DNA of 64,000 nt. Source: Desulfovirgula sp. (GTDB lineage: Bacteria; Bacillota; Desulfotomaculia; Desulfotomaculales; Nap2-2B). The first letter of the stretch is position 1, and each line of letters opens with the position of its first letter. Under the pieces are notes generated by a model. The model did not search any database and was not told the DNA's origin. It saw only the letters and a program-made list of their open reading frames with translations. Of this stretch, positions 26,671 through 35,117 are shown piece by piece. Location: positions 889 through 64,888 of the forward strand of contig DYES01000031.1 in assembly GCA_020725585.1 (NCBI GenBank), written 5' to 3'. A program made the position numbers and the translations under genes.

Positions 26671-27222
26671 TTAGAATTCCCGAGGTTTGCAGATAATCTC
26701 CTTCACCTTCGTTTCAAAAAACTTGTTGGAATGCGCCGGGACAATAATTACCGCCGTATCCGCGCCCCTTCCCGTGCCGCCAAGAGCGATGATCTCCTCG
26801 CCGTAGGGAATCAGCCCTGCATCCAGAGCCATGCAGGATATTTCCACGCAGACCTTCAGGCCCTGTCCCAACATGCGCAAGGTATTGGCGATGATCTCCG
26901 CCGGATAAATCCCGCCGAACTGAAACCTTAAAGCACGGTCGACGCCGGCTAAAAGGTGCGTGGTGGTAAGTACGCGTACGCCCGCACTTTCCAATTTACG
27001 CTTTGTTTCCGGACTCAAAAGAGTTTTTCCCGGTTCTTTAAACCCGGCATGATAAGTAACACAAACAATCTTAAAATTTTTATTTTGTTCCAGGAGCTGC
27101 TCTGCCGTACGGCCGGTGCTGGAAGCCACCACAACGTACTCGATCCCCCGCTCCTGGGCCCTTCTTAAAGCCAGCTGAACGGTTGCTGCCGTGTTTTGCG
27201 GGCCCTTTTCATCCCAGTACAT
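26671..27222 (-). CDS. Stand-alone pyruvate kinase C-terminal (alpha/beta) domain-like protein
   Basis: 183 aa. ...ALRRAQERGIEYVVVASSTGRTAEQL... and ...IIALGGTGRGADTAVIIVPA resemble the PK C-terminal domain family. Function unknown. Confidence 0.5.
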   Translation of the reverse strand: MYWDEKGPQNTAATVQLALRRAQERGIEYVVVASSTGRTAEQLLEQNKNFKIVCVTYHAGFKEPGKTLLSPETKRKLESAGVRVLTTTHLLAGVDRALRFQFGGIYPAEIIANTLRMLGQGLKVCVEISCMALDAGLIPYGEEIIALGGTGRGADTAVIIVPAHSNKFFETKVKEIICKPREF

Positions 27223-27316
27223 CGCCCCTCACTCCATTTTATTATTTTTATCATTTTTATCATTATGGGACTGTTTTTAGGCTACCATAATTTTTCTGCT
27301 AAGTCCAGTAACATGC

Positions 27317-27352
27317 CAAAAAATAAATATCCGGCCAACAAACCGGATATTT
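27317..27352 (-). terminator. Intrinsic terminator after ymaF
   Basis: Minus strand AAATATCCGGtttgttggCCGGATATTT followed by ATTTTTTGG. Confidence 0.6.
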
Positions 27353-27376
27353 ACGCGCGGCTTTTGAACGCAAGGA

Positions 27377-27673
27377 TTAAACAGGTCCGGAGGTCGTTCC
27401 GGAAAATCCGTGATCATGGGGCGGACGGCCATTCACGCTGGTTCTCCCGCCATACCTGTGGACGTGGCCTCCCCTGACCGGAATAGCGGGCCCTGTGAAC
27501 GCCTTCATTTCGTGGTTGTGGCGTACATTAAAACTTGTCGTTGCTCTAATTTCATGCACGTGGCTTAAGCCCCTGGGGATGTTCGGGCCGGTGGTTCCCC
27601 CGTAAGAATGGGAATGTTCAACATCAACGGTAGTTTCACCGGAGAAGCTGTGGTAATGAACATGGTCCGGCAT
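27377..27673 (-). CDS. ymaF: YmaF-family His-repeat protein
   Basis: Six repeats of H-x-H-x3-5-G-x-T (HVHYHSFSGETT, HSHSYGGTTG, HVHEIRATTS, HNHEMKAFTG, HVHRYGGRTS, HDHGFSGTTSG). ATG at 27673 after AAGGGGGAA. Confidence 0.65.
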   Translation of the reverse strand: MPDHVHYHSFSGETTVDVEHSHSYGGTTGPNIPRGLSHVHEIRATTSFNVRHNHEMKAFTGPAIPVRGGHVHRYGGRTSVNGRPPHDHGFSGTTSGPV

Positions 27674-27734
27674 GGTAATTCCCCCTTTGCTTTTTTTATA
27701 ATATATGACAGGAATTACCATACGGTCACTTCCC

Positions 27735-29033
27735 CTAGCACCGCTCCGGCTTCTTACCTAGAAACTGCCCTACCAGTTTCATGGCGCAAAACTCGCCGCA
27801 CATGGTGCAGGCTTCCATTTCGGAGGGGTTCCGTTTCTGGCGGTAACGCCGCGCCTTTTGGGGATCTATGGCCAGGTCAATCTGCTTTTGCCAATCCAAC
27901 GCTTTGCGAGCTTTGGCCATTTCCAGGTCCCAGTCCCAGGCGCCGGTAATCCCCTTTACCAAATCGGCGGCATGCCCGGCCAAACGGCAGGCGATGACGC
28001 CTTCCCGCACATCTTCTGCCGTCGGGAGGCTCAGGTGTTCGGCGGGAGTGACGTAACAGAGAAAATCCGCCCCCGCCATCGCCGCTAGCGCCCCGCCGAT
28101 GGCGGCAGTGATATGGTCGTAGCCCGGAGCGATGTCGGTAACCAGCGGCCCCAGCACGTAGAACGGCGCTTCCCGGCACAAGGTCTTTTGGATTTTTACG
28201 TTAGCCTCGATTTGATCCAGGGGAACGTGTCCGGGACCTTCCACCATAACCTGGACGCCGGCTTCCCGCGCGCGCTCCACCAACTCCCCCAGGACGATCA
28301 GCTCCTGAATTTGCGCGCGGTCGCTGGCGTCGGCCAAGCAGCCGGGCCGCAAACCGTCACCCAAACTTAAGGTAACGTCATAACGCCTGCAGATTTCCAG
28401 CAGGCGGTCAAAATGTTCAAAGAGGGGGTTCTCCCGCTCGTGATGGAGCATCCAGCCGGTTAAAAAAGAGCCTCCGCGGCTGACAATATCGGCAACCCGC
28501 CCTTGTCGCTTCAGCCTGGCGAGAACTTCCAGGGTGACCCCGCAGTGGACGGTAATAAAATCAACCCCGTCGGCAGCCTGCTTTTCGATCACCGAAAAAA
28601 TGTCTTCCGCCGTCATGGCCACAATGCTGCCCCGTTTTTCCTGCGCTTCAATAGCAGCCTGATAAACCGGCACCGTCCCCAGTGGGACCGGGCACCGGGC
28701 AAGAATCTTCCTCCTGGTAGCGTCCAGGTTTCCTCCCGTGGAGAGGTCCATAATTGTATCCGCGCCCGCTTCCAGGGCTACTTTTAATTTCTCCAGCTCA
28801 TCGGCCGCGTCAGGGAAAGCAGAGGAAGTCCCCAGGTTCGCGTTTACTTTCGTGCGCAGCCCTTTCCCGATCCCGCTGGGATCGAGGCGGGCATGATTTT
28901 TATTTGCGGGGATAACCACTTCTCCGGCCGCCACTCTTTCCCCCACCAGGAGAACATCAACTTTTTCCTTTTCCGCTACCCGCTTCATTTCTGGAGTAAC
29001 CTTTCCGGAACGGGCAGCCAATATTTGCGTCAT
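27735..29033 (-). CDS. thiC: Phosphomethylpyrimidine synthase (radical SAM)
   Basis: About 432 aa. Conserved ThiC blocks ([22 protein letters not shown]) and the C-terminal [11 protein letters not shown] cluster. I prefer the start at 29033, 8 nt after GGAGG. Confidence 0.9.
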   Translation of the reverse strand: MTQILAARSGKVTPEMKRVAEKEKVDVLLVGERVAAGEVVIPANKNHARLDPSGIGKGLRTKVNANLGTSSAFPDAADELEKLKVALEAGADTIMDLSTGGNLDATRRKILARCPVPLGTVPVYQAAIEAQEKRGSIVAMTAEDIFSVIEKQAADGVDFITVHCGVTLEVLARLKRQGRVADIVSRGGSFLTGWMLHHERENPLFEHFDRLLEICRRYDVTLSLGDGLRPGCLADASDRAQIQELIVLGELVERAREAGVQVMVEGPGHVPLDQIEANVKIQKTLCREAPFYVLGPLVTDIAPGYDHITAAIGGALAAMAGADFLCYVTPAEHLSLPTAEDVREGVIACRLAGHAADLVKGITGAWDWDLEMAKARKALDWQKQIDLAIDPQKARRYRQKRNPSEMEACTMCGEFCAMKLVGQFLGKKPERC

Positions 29034-29075
29034 TGGTGAAACCTCCAATTTTTATTATTTTTTTAAACACATAGA

Positions 29076-30149
29076 TTACCTGGCCCGTTTCGCCTTTTCG
29101 ATGGCGGCGCGCAGCGCCTCCGCAGCCCCTTTTACGTCAGGAGCGCTGACCACCGCCGTAATCACCGCCACGCCGTCAGCACCGGCCAGAATCACGTCCT
29201 TAGCGTTCTCGCTCGTAATCCCGCCGATTGCCACTTTGGGAATGGTTATCCTGCCCTCCATTTGCCTTAAAAGATTCAGCCCCACCGGGTCAGTGGCCGG
29301 ATCTTTTGTCCTGGTGGCGTAAATCGGCCCCACGCCAATATAATCCGCCCCCTGCTGCTGGGCAAGAAGAGCTTCTTCTAAACTGTGGGTAGAGAGGCCG
29401 ATAATTTTGTCGGGACCCAAGATTCGCCTGGCTACCGGCAGCGGCAAATCGTCCTGACCCAGGTGCACGCCGTCAGCCTCCACGGCGAGAGCAACGTCTA
29501 CCCGGTCGTTGACAATCAAAGCCACCCCTCTTTCCCGGGTCAAGCGGCGCAATTTAAGCCCCGCTTCGATGAGTCGGCGGACGGGATAATCTTTCTCCCG
29601 CAACTGAATAACCGTCGCGCCGCCCGCTATGGCCGCCTCGACGACCTCGCCAAGGGGCCTCCCCAGGGTAAATTTTTCGGTGGCAATAACGTACAGGCAA
29701 TAATCTATTTGCCTCTTCGCCGCCAGGAACTTCTCTGCACCCAGGCGGGTAATCAAATCCTTTTCCAGTGTATAGACCTCAAAACGCATTTTTTTAAATT
29801 CTGGACCGGGCGAAAGAAATTTTGTATACTCTTCCAGCACGCGCAGCGCTTCCTGGACCCGCTTGAAATTGGCCGTCAACAAATCAAGAGCGCCCAGCCG
29901 CTGGTCTTCTTCTTCCGCGCGGCAATTCTGCCCCACGTCGCCGGCGGCATCCCTGGCCGCCAGCAAACATTCGGGACCTCCGGGGATGTTTTGCTGGAGG
30001 ACGCGCAAACGGTGCCGGAGGCGCTTGCAGCGGCTGGATAAGTGAAGGTCGTCAAGAACAAAACGGGCTACCTCTTCCAGCACCCGGATTCCTTCCCTGG
30101 CGCGGTTAAAATTAGCATCGATAATCCGGTAAATACTGCCGCTTTCCAT
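29076..30149 (-). CDS. thiE: Thiamine-phosphate synthase with an approximately 160 aa N-terminal extension domain
   Basis: The C-terminal half has ThiE motifs (LYVIAT, VIQLREKD, LIVNDRVDVALA, GVHLGQDD, IGVGPIYATRTK, VAIGGI). The N-terminal part (IIDANFNRAREGIRVLEE...) is a separate helical domain. The track ORF start at 30266 overlaps the riboswitch, so I moved the start to the ATG at 30149 (or the GTG at 30155). Confidence 0.8.
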   Translation of the reverse strand: MESGSIYRIIDANFNRAREGIRVLEEVARFVLDDLHLSSRCKRLRHRLRVLQQNIPGGPECLLAARDAAGDVGQNCRAEEEDQRLGALDLLTANFKRVQEALRVLEEYTKFLSPGPEFKKMRFEVYTLEKDLITRLGAEKFLAAKRQIDYCLYVIATEKFTLGRPLGEVVEAAIAGGATVIQLREKDYPVRRLIEAGLKLRRLTRERGVALIVNDRVDVALAVEADGVHLGQDDLPLPVARRILGPDKIIGLSTHSLEEALLAQQQGADYIGVGPIYATRTKDPATDPVGLNLLRQMEGRITIPKVAIGGITSENAKDVILAGADGVAVITAVVSAPDVKGAAEALRAAIEKAKRAR

Positions 30150-30214
30150 GCTCACGAAAAGTTGCCCCTTCCAGTTAATCGACAGCCGCAAAAGAGCAGG
30201 CCGAAAGGAAATTA

Positions 30215-30240
30215 AAAAACCCACCAAGCGAGGATGGGTA
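30215..30240 (-). terminator. Terminator of the TPP riboswitch expression platform
   Basis: Minus strand ACCCATCCtcgcttGGTGGGT followed by TTTTTT. Its 5' arm ACCCAT can alternatively pair with the aptamer P1 3' strand ATGGGT. Confidence 0.6.
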
Positions 30241-30260
30241 CAGGTTTTTATCGATAAAAC

Positions 30261-30370
30261 ACCCATTCCCTACGCTGGCATGATCCAGATCAGGTTCAAA
30301 GGGTAAAGCGCCAAAAACGCTTTTCTCAGCCCACCGCTAAATAATCAGACAAGAAGGCACCCCTATGGGT
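30261..30370 (-). promoter_or_regulatory. TPP (THI-box) riboswitch aptamer
   Basis: Minus strand ACCCATAGGGGTGCC...GGTGGGCTGAGAaaagcg...ACCCTTTGAACCTGATCTGGATCATGCCAGCGTAGGGAATGGGT contains the universally conserved CTGAGA and ACCTGATCTGGATAATGCCAGCG-type blocks. It lies upstream of thiE-thiC. Confidence 0.85.
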
Positions 30371-30456
30371 AATCCGGCTATTTAATTGTCCTACCTCAAT
30401 ATATTATTCTTATATTATTCTAGGGATGAAGAAAAAATCCTTTTTAGATATCCAAT

Positions 30457-30831
30457 TTAGATATCTAAATTTGAATAATTTCTCAAAATGCTTTTTACCT
30501 CTTCCGTTTCAAAGGGCTTCCCCAAACAACACCGGGCGCCTTTTTTCGTGGCCTGCCTTTTAATTTCTGCAGAAATATAAGCGGTCATCATGACTACCTC
30601 TGTTTGCGGAGCAAGCGCCTTAATTTTTCCCAAAGCTTCCAGCCCGTCCATGACAGGCATTTTTACGTCTAGAAAAACCAGGTGGGGGCAAACCTGGCGC
30701 ACCATTTCGACCGCCTCCAGGCCGTTTCTCGCCAGGTAAACCCTGTATCCTTCCTCCCCTGCCAGCGTACCCAGCAGCTTGCGCATTCCCGGCTGGTCAT
30801 CCGCAATCAGAACAACCAGATTTTTTTCCAT
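30457..30831 (-). CDS. Single-domain response regulator (CheY/Spo0F-like receiver)
   Basis: Contains the receiver acidic pocket residues (IADDQ, FLDVKMP) and conserved MMTAY and K. No output domain. I prefer the start at MEKNLVVL (30831). Confidence 0.75.
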   Translation of the reverse strand: MEKNLVVLIADDQPGMRKLLGTLAGEEGYRVYLARNGLEAVEMVRQVCPHLVFLDVKMPVMDGLEALGKIKALAPQTEVVMMTAYISAEIKRQATKKGARCCLGKPFETEEVKSILRNYSNLDI

Positions 30832-30982
30832 TTCGAGCACCTCCGACAATATATAACAATATATGACATTTATGCTGATAACTTCCATATATAATTCGAC
30901 AGCAACTGTAATAATCCTTCATTTGATCCAAAGATTCACCTGCCTTGTATTTTTTTGTCGGAGGCGGGAATTTTTCATTTTT

Positions 30983-31690
30983 TTAATTTCCCCGGCCGGC
31001 TTCGACCAGGGCGCGAAAAAGTTTTAAAAAGCGAGGATCTTTTTCCCACATTCCTTCCGGGTGGCACTGGATGCCCAGGGCAAACCGATGCGTGGTGCTT
31101 TCGATAGCTTCAATTACACCGTCATTGGCAAGGGCACAAACAACAAACCCCGGCGCAGGATTCCGGACCGCCTGGTGATGAAAACTGTTCACCCGGACGG
31201 TTTTTTCTTGAAGAATAGTCATGAGGCGGGTATCCGGTCGAATTTGGATATTATGCGTGGGAGCCCAGAGGGGGGCTCTCTGTTGATGGCGCAGGGAACC
31301 CTTGATCTGCGTGTTGATGTCCTGGTAAATATCCCCTCCGGCAGCAATATTCAGAACCTGAGCTCCCCGGCAAATGCCTAAAATGGGTAAGTCGGCAGCC
31401 AGGCTCATTCTGACCAGCTCTATTTCAAAAGCATCCCTCGCGGGGGTAATTTCCCCGCAGGGGGGAAGCGGTTCCTCGCCAAAATAGACCGGGTCCACAT
31501 CTCCGCCGCCGGTAAGGAGCAAACCTCCAACCATGGAAAGCAATTGCTGCGTTTCGCCCCGCTCCAGACAATCCGGGATTAAAACGGGTGTGCCGCCCGC
31601 TGCAGTAATTGCCCTGGCGTATAAAGAATTTAAGTAGTACCTGCCACTATTATCATCCCAGCCGCAGGTTATCCCGATCACCATAGGCAA
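30983..31690 (-). CDS. Class I glutamine amidotransferase, peptidase C26 / gamma-glutamyl-GABA hydrolase-like
   Basis: 235 aa. GICRGAQVLN nucleophile elbow, HHQAV, IQCHPE. Confidence 0.75.
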   Translation of the reverse strand: MPMVIGITCGWDDNSGRYYLNSLYARAITAAGGTPVLIPDCLERGETQQLLSMVGGLLLTGGGDVDPVYFGEEPLPPCGEITPARDAFEIELVRMSLAADLPILGICRGAQVLNIAAGGDIYQDINTQIKGSLRHQQRAPLWAPTHNIQIRPDTRLMTILQEKTVRVNSFHHQAVRNPAPGFVVCALANDGVIEAIESTTHRFALGIQCHPEGMWEKDPRFLKLFRALVEAGRGN

Positions 31691-31719
31691 GCCAGTTCAC
31701 GCTCCTTTACTTCCTTTCC

Positions 31720-32238
31720 TTAATTACTGTTTCCGTTCGGCATATACTTGACCGCGCCGGGCCCCCGGCCGATGGCTATTTTGCCGGTCCGTACCATCTC
31801 CACAATCCCGTGCTCCTCCAGCACAGTACAAAGGGCGTTGATTTTTTCTTCGTCGCCGGTCAGTTCGATCACCATCGTTTCCCGGTTTATGTCCACAATG
31901 TTGGCGCGAAAAATCTCGACGATGTCGACTATGTCGGAACGGCGGGCGGGGTGCGCCTTAACCTTAATTAAGGCCATTTCCCTTTCAATTGTCTCTGGAC
32001 TTTCCAATTTTTTAATCTTGATTACGTCAATCAACTTAGACAACTGCTTGATTACCTGGTCCAATTCACGATCGTCACCATTTATGACCAGCGTGATGCG
32101 CGTGATATCCTTCTCTTCCGTGTAACCGGCGGTAATGCTTTCGATATTAAAAACGCGCCTGCTTAAAAGCCCGGAAATCCTGGCCAAAACTCCCGGCTTG
32201 TTTAAAACTAGCACCGCCAGGGTGTGTTTCATCGGCAA
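31720..32238 (-). CDS. ilvN: Acetolactate synthase small (regulatory ACT) subunit
   Basis: 172 aa. HTLAVLVLNKPGVLARISGLLSRRVFNIESITAG is the ACT domain, followed by a C-terminal ALS_ss_C-like part. There is no ilvB next to it. Confidence 0.8.
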   Translation of the reverse strand: MPMKHTLAVLVLNKPGVLARISGLLSRRVFNIESITAGYTEEKDITRITLVINGDDRELDQVIKQLSKLIDVIKIKKLESPETIEREMALIKVKAHPARRSDIVDIVEIFRANIVDINRETMVIELTGDEEKINALCTVLEEHGIVEMVRTGKIAIGRGPGAVKYMPNGNSN

Positions 32239-32364
32239 TCTCCCCTTCCTAAGTTCGCTGCTGTTTATAATAGCACATAATATTTCGTTTTTCTACCCGC
32301 CGGGCAAAAGATTTAAACCAGACGAAATAAAAAAGGGCGCACCCCCTATTCCTTTTCCTGAAAG

Positions 32365-32979
32365 TTACTTTTTGGAGACAAAAGGGCTGCCGGCCAGGTA
32401 AAACCTGAGCGGCAGCTCCGCTCCGTTTTTGATGCCGATGCGCGTGGTCTTCACCACGGGCAGGCCATCATTTTTTTCCCCCCGGCTGATCACCAGCGGC
32501 CCGCTGGTTATATCCTGCCCGTTTTGTTCCCTGGTGATACCCAAAGCCTGCACCAGCCGCCCCGGTCCGCTGCAAAGTTCGGTTATTTTCTGCCGGGAGC
32601 GCCGCGCCTGCATCAAAGGAATGCCCGCCACGGGCTCTAAGGCCCGGATGAGCACCGCTTCTCCGATCCCTTCTTCCCTGGTCACCACGTTAAAGCAATA
32701 ATACATTCCGTAAATAAAGTAAATATAAGCGTGACCGGGGGGGCCAAACATCACCCGGTTGCGCCTGGTCATCCCTCTCGCCGCGTGGCAGGCCGGGTCG
32801 TTTTGCAAGTACGCTTCCGTTTCCACAATTTTGCCCGCGGCGACCCCTTCCGGGCTATAGTGCACCAGATAATGCCCCAAAAGCTCCCGTGCCACCACCT
32901 GTGTGTCCCGGGCGTAAAAGGAGCGGGGCAAGATGTCCTTTGCGCTCAAGCTGAATAATTGGCCTCTTTTCACCATCAC
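32365..32979 (-). CDS. mpg: DNA-3-methyladenine glycosylase (Mpg/AAG family)
   Basis: 204 aa. [41 protein letters not shown]. Confidence 0.85.
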   Translation of the reverse strand: MMVKRGQLFSLSAKDILPRSFYARDTQVVARELLGHYLVHYSPEGVAAGKIVETEAYLQNDPACHAARGMTRRNRVMFGPPGHAYIYFIYGMYYCFNVVTREEGIGEAVLIRALEPVAGIPLMQARRSRQKITELCSGPGRLVQALGITREQNGQDITSGPLVISRGEKNDGLPVVKTTRIGIKNGAELPLRFYLAGSPFVSKK

Positions 32980-34700
32980 TTATTTTTGGTTTTGAGCATT
33001 TTTATTAACTCTGCAAGCTCTAAAGTGTTCAGCACGTCCTCCGGCTGCAGCCAGGCGCGGCGGGCCACCGCCACGCCGTAAGGCATTTCGTCCATCCGCC
33101 GCAGGTCATGGGCGTCTGTGCTGATGACCATTTTTAAACCGTATTCTTTCGCCAGCCGGGCATGCTCCTCGTTCAAATCCAGGCGGTCGGGGGAGGAGTT
33201 TATTTCCATGAACTTGCCGTATTCCCCGGCCGCCGCCAGGATTTTTTCCACGTCTACCGGGTAGGCTTCCCGCTGGCCGAGCAGGCGTCCGGTGAGATGC
33301 CCAATAATATTCACGTGTTCATCCTTGACGGCCGATAAAATGCGCTCCGTCATCGCCCGGCGGTCCAGGTTAAATTTGGTATGCACGGAGGCGATCACCA
33401 CATCCAGCCGCTTTAAAATCTGGGCTGGGCAGTCTAAACCGCCGGAAGGCAAAATATCTACCTCGATACCGGATAAAATCCGGATATCGTCATATTTTTC
33501 GTTTATTTTCTCAATAAACCTGCGTTGTTCATCTAATTGCTCCAGGGATAAACCCCTGGCTATTTTCAACGAGCGGGAGTGATCGGTAACGGCAATATAC
33601 TGGTACCCCTTCTTTCGGGCGCAGGCGACGATTTGTTCGAGGGAATTAACTCCGTCGCTCCAGTCGGTATGAATGTGCAGGTCGCCTTTAATGTGGCTTA
33701 ACTGCACCAGCCGGGGAACCCTTCCCTCTTTTAAGCAGAATTCGATCTCCCCGCGGTTTTCCCGCAGCTCGGGAGGTATAAAGGGTAAGCCAAGATGGCG
33801 GTAAATATCCTCTTCCGCCTGAACAAGCAAAAATTTTCCATCCTCGCGCTGTAGGCCGTACCTGGTTAATTCCAATCCCTTCCGCCGCGCCAGCGACTGC
33901 AGCTGCCGGTAATGTTCCCGGCTGCCGGTGGACCAGAGAAGGGCCGGCCAGTACTCTTCCGGCGGGGCCGCAAGCAATTCAACGGTAACTCCCCACCAGG
34001 TGAAGACCTTTACCCTGTCTTCTTCCCGGGCCAGCGTTTCTTTAACCCGGGGGTGACCGAGAAAAGAGCTAAACAACCTTTCTGGGTCGTCAGTCATGGC
34101 CAGCAAATCTATATCTCCGACGGTCTCCCGCCAGCGCCGGACGCTTCCTGTCGGTTCGATCCTTTTTACTCCCGGTAAATCTTTGCAAAACTCCACCAAA
34201 TCCCGGGCAATTTCCCTGGCGATCCCCAGCAGCACCCTTCCCGAACGGCGGCGCAGCATCTCGATATTGCGGATAATGTCCTGTTCGGTTTTGGCGCCCA
34301 GGCCGGGCACCGCCCGCACACGCGCCTCCCGCGCCATTTTTTCTAAATCATCCAGGCCGGCTACTTTCAGGTGCTCATATAAAAGACTGGCCCGCTTTGG
34401 GCCAATCCCGGGCAAATCCATGATTTCCAGCACGCCGGGAGGAATTTCCGCCCGCAGTTCGTCCAGCTTGCGCATTCTCCCGGTATTGATCATTTCCGCT
34501 ATTTTAGCCAGTATATTTTTCCCGATGCCGGGTACCTTGTTTAACTCCCCCTGCCGGTAGAGCAGTTCAACGGGCTCATTTAAACCGGCAATGACTTTCG
34601 CGGCCCGGCGGTAAGCACGGATCTTAAAAAAATCTTCCCCTTTAAACTCCAAAAGATCGGCCAGCTCTCGAAAGGCCCAGGCTATCTCGAAGTTTTGCAC
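32976..34700 (-). CDS. polX: DNA polymerase/3'-5' exonuclease PolX (Pol beta-like domain plus PHP domain)
   Basis: 574 aa. N-terminal HhH/Pol-X ([21 protein letters not shown]...GDIDLL) and C-terminal PHP ([27 protein letters not shown]). Confidence 0.9.
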   Translation of the reverse strand: MQNFEIAWAFRELADLLEFKGEDFFKIRAYRRAAKVIAGLNEPVELLYRQGELNKVPGIGKNILAKIAEMINTGRMRKLDELRAEIPPGVLEIMDLPGIGPKRASLLYEHLKVAGLDDLEKMAREARVRAVPGLGAKTEQDIIRNIEMLRRRSGRVLLGIAREIARDLVEFCKDLPGVKRIEPTGSVRRWRETVGDIDLLAMTDDPERLFSSFLGHPRVKETLAREEDRVKVFTWWGVTVELLAAPPEEYWPALLWSTGSREHYRQLQSLARRKGLELTRYGLQREDGKFLLVQAEEDIYRHLGLPFIPPELRENRGEIEFCLKEGRVPRLVQLSHIKGDLHIHTDWSDGVNSLEQIVACARKKGYQYIAVTDHSRSLKIARGLSLEQLDEQRRFIEKINEKYDDIRILSGIEVDILPSGGLDCPAQILKRLDVVIASVHTKFNLDRRAMTERILSAVKDEHVNIIGHLTGRLLGQREAYPVDVEKILAAAGEYGKFMEINSSPDRLDLNEEHARLAKEYGLKMVISTDAHDLRRMDEMPYGVAVARRAWLQPEDVLNTLELAELIKMLKTKNK

Positions 34701-34744
34701 ATTTTTGGGGCTCCTTTAAAGAATCGTTTCCGCATCGTTTCCAT

Positions 34745-35056
34745 TTACGCCCGCAGCTGGTTTCCCAAATGCTTCTTGGGCGCCTGTTTCTTTCTCTCTT
34801 CCTCCAGTTTGGCCCGGGTTAACTGGTCGAACTCCTTCTGCAACTTCATCAGCTCGTCGGCAATATTGAGCGCGGTCAGGATGGCGGCCTTGGCAGTGCT
34901 CAGCCGCGGGTTCCGGGTCACCACCTGGCGCATCCTTTTATTCACGTACTGCGCCAGCATCTGCATATATTCCGGCGGCTCGCTGCCTTTTAAAATATAG
35001 CCTTCCCCGAAAATCTCCACTTCTACCCGGTTCTCCAGTTCGCCCCCGTTTTCCAT
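34745..35056 (-). CDS. zapA: Cell division protein ZapA
   Basis: 103 aa. VEVEIFGEGYILKG..., LNIADELMKLQKEF coiled-coil tail. It sits downstream of pheT as in Bacillus. Confidence 0.75.
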   Translation of the reverse strand: MENGGELENRVEVEIFGEGYILKGSEPPEYMQMLAQYVNKRMRQVVTRNPRLSTAKAAILTALNIADELMKLQKEFDQLTRAKLEEERKKQAPKKHLGNQLRA

Positions 35057-35117
35057 AATCTTTTCCCCCTGACTTTTTCACTTCACTTCGTCAAAAAAGG
35101 AGAAAATTCCTGCCGGG

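Noticed and set aside
30150-30266. N-terminal 39 codons of the track ORF for thiE
   Set aside because: This stretch is occupied by the TPP riboswitch 3' end and its terminator hairpin, so the coding start was moved to 30149/30155.
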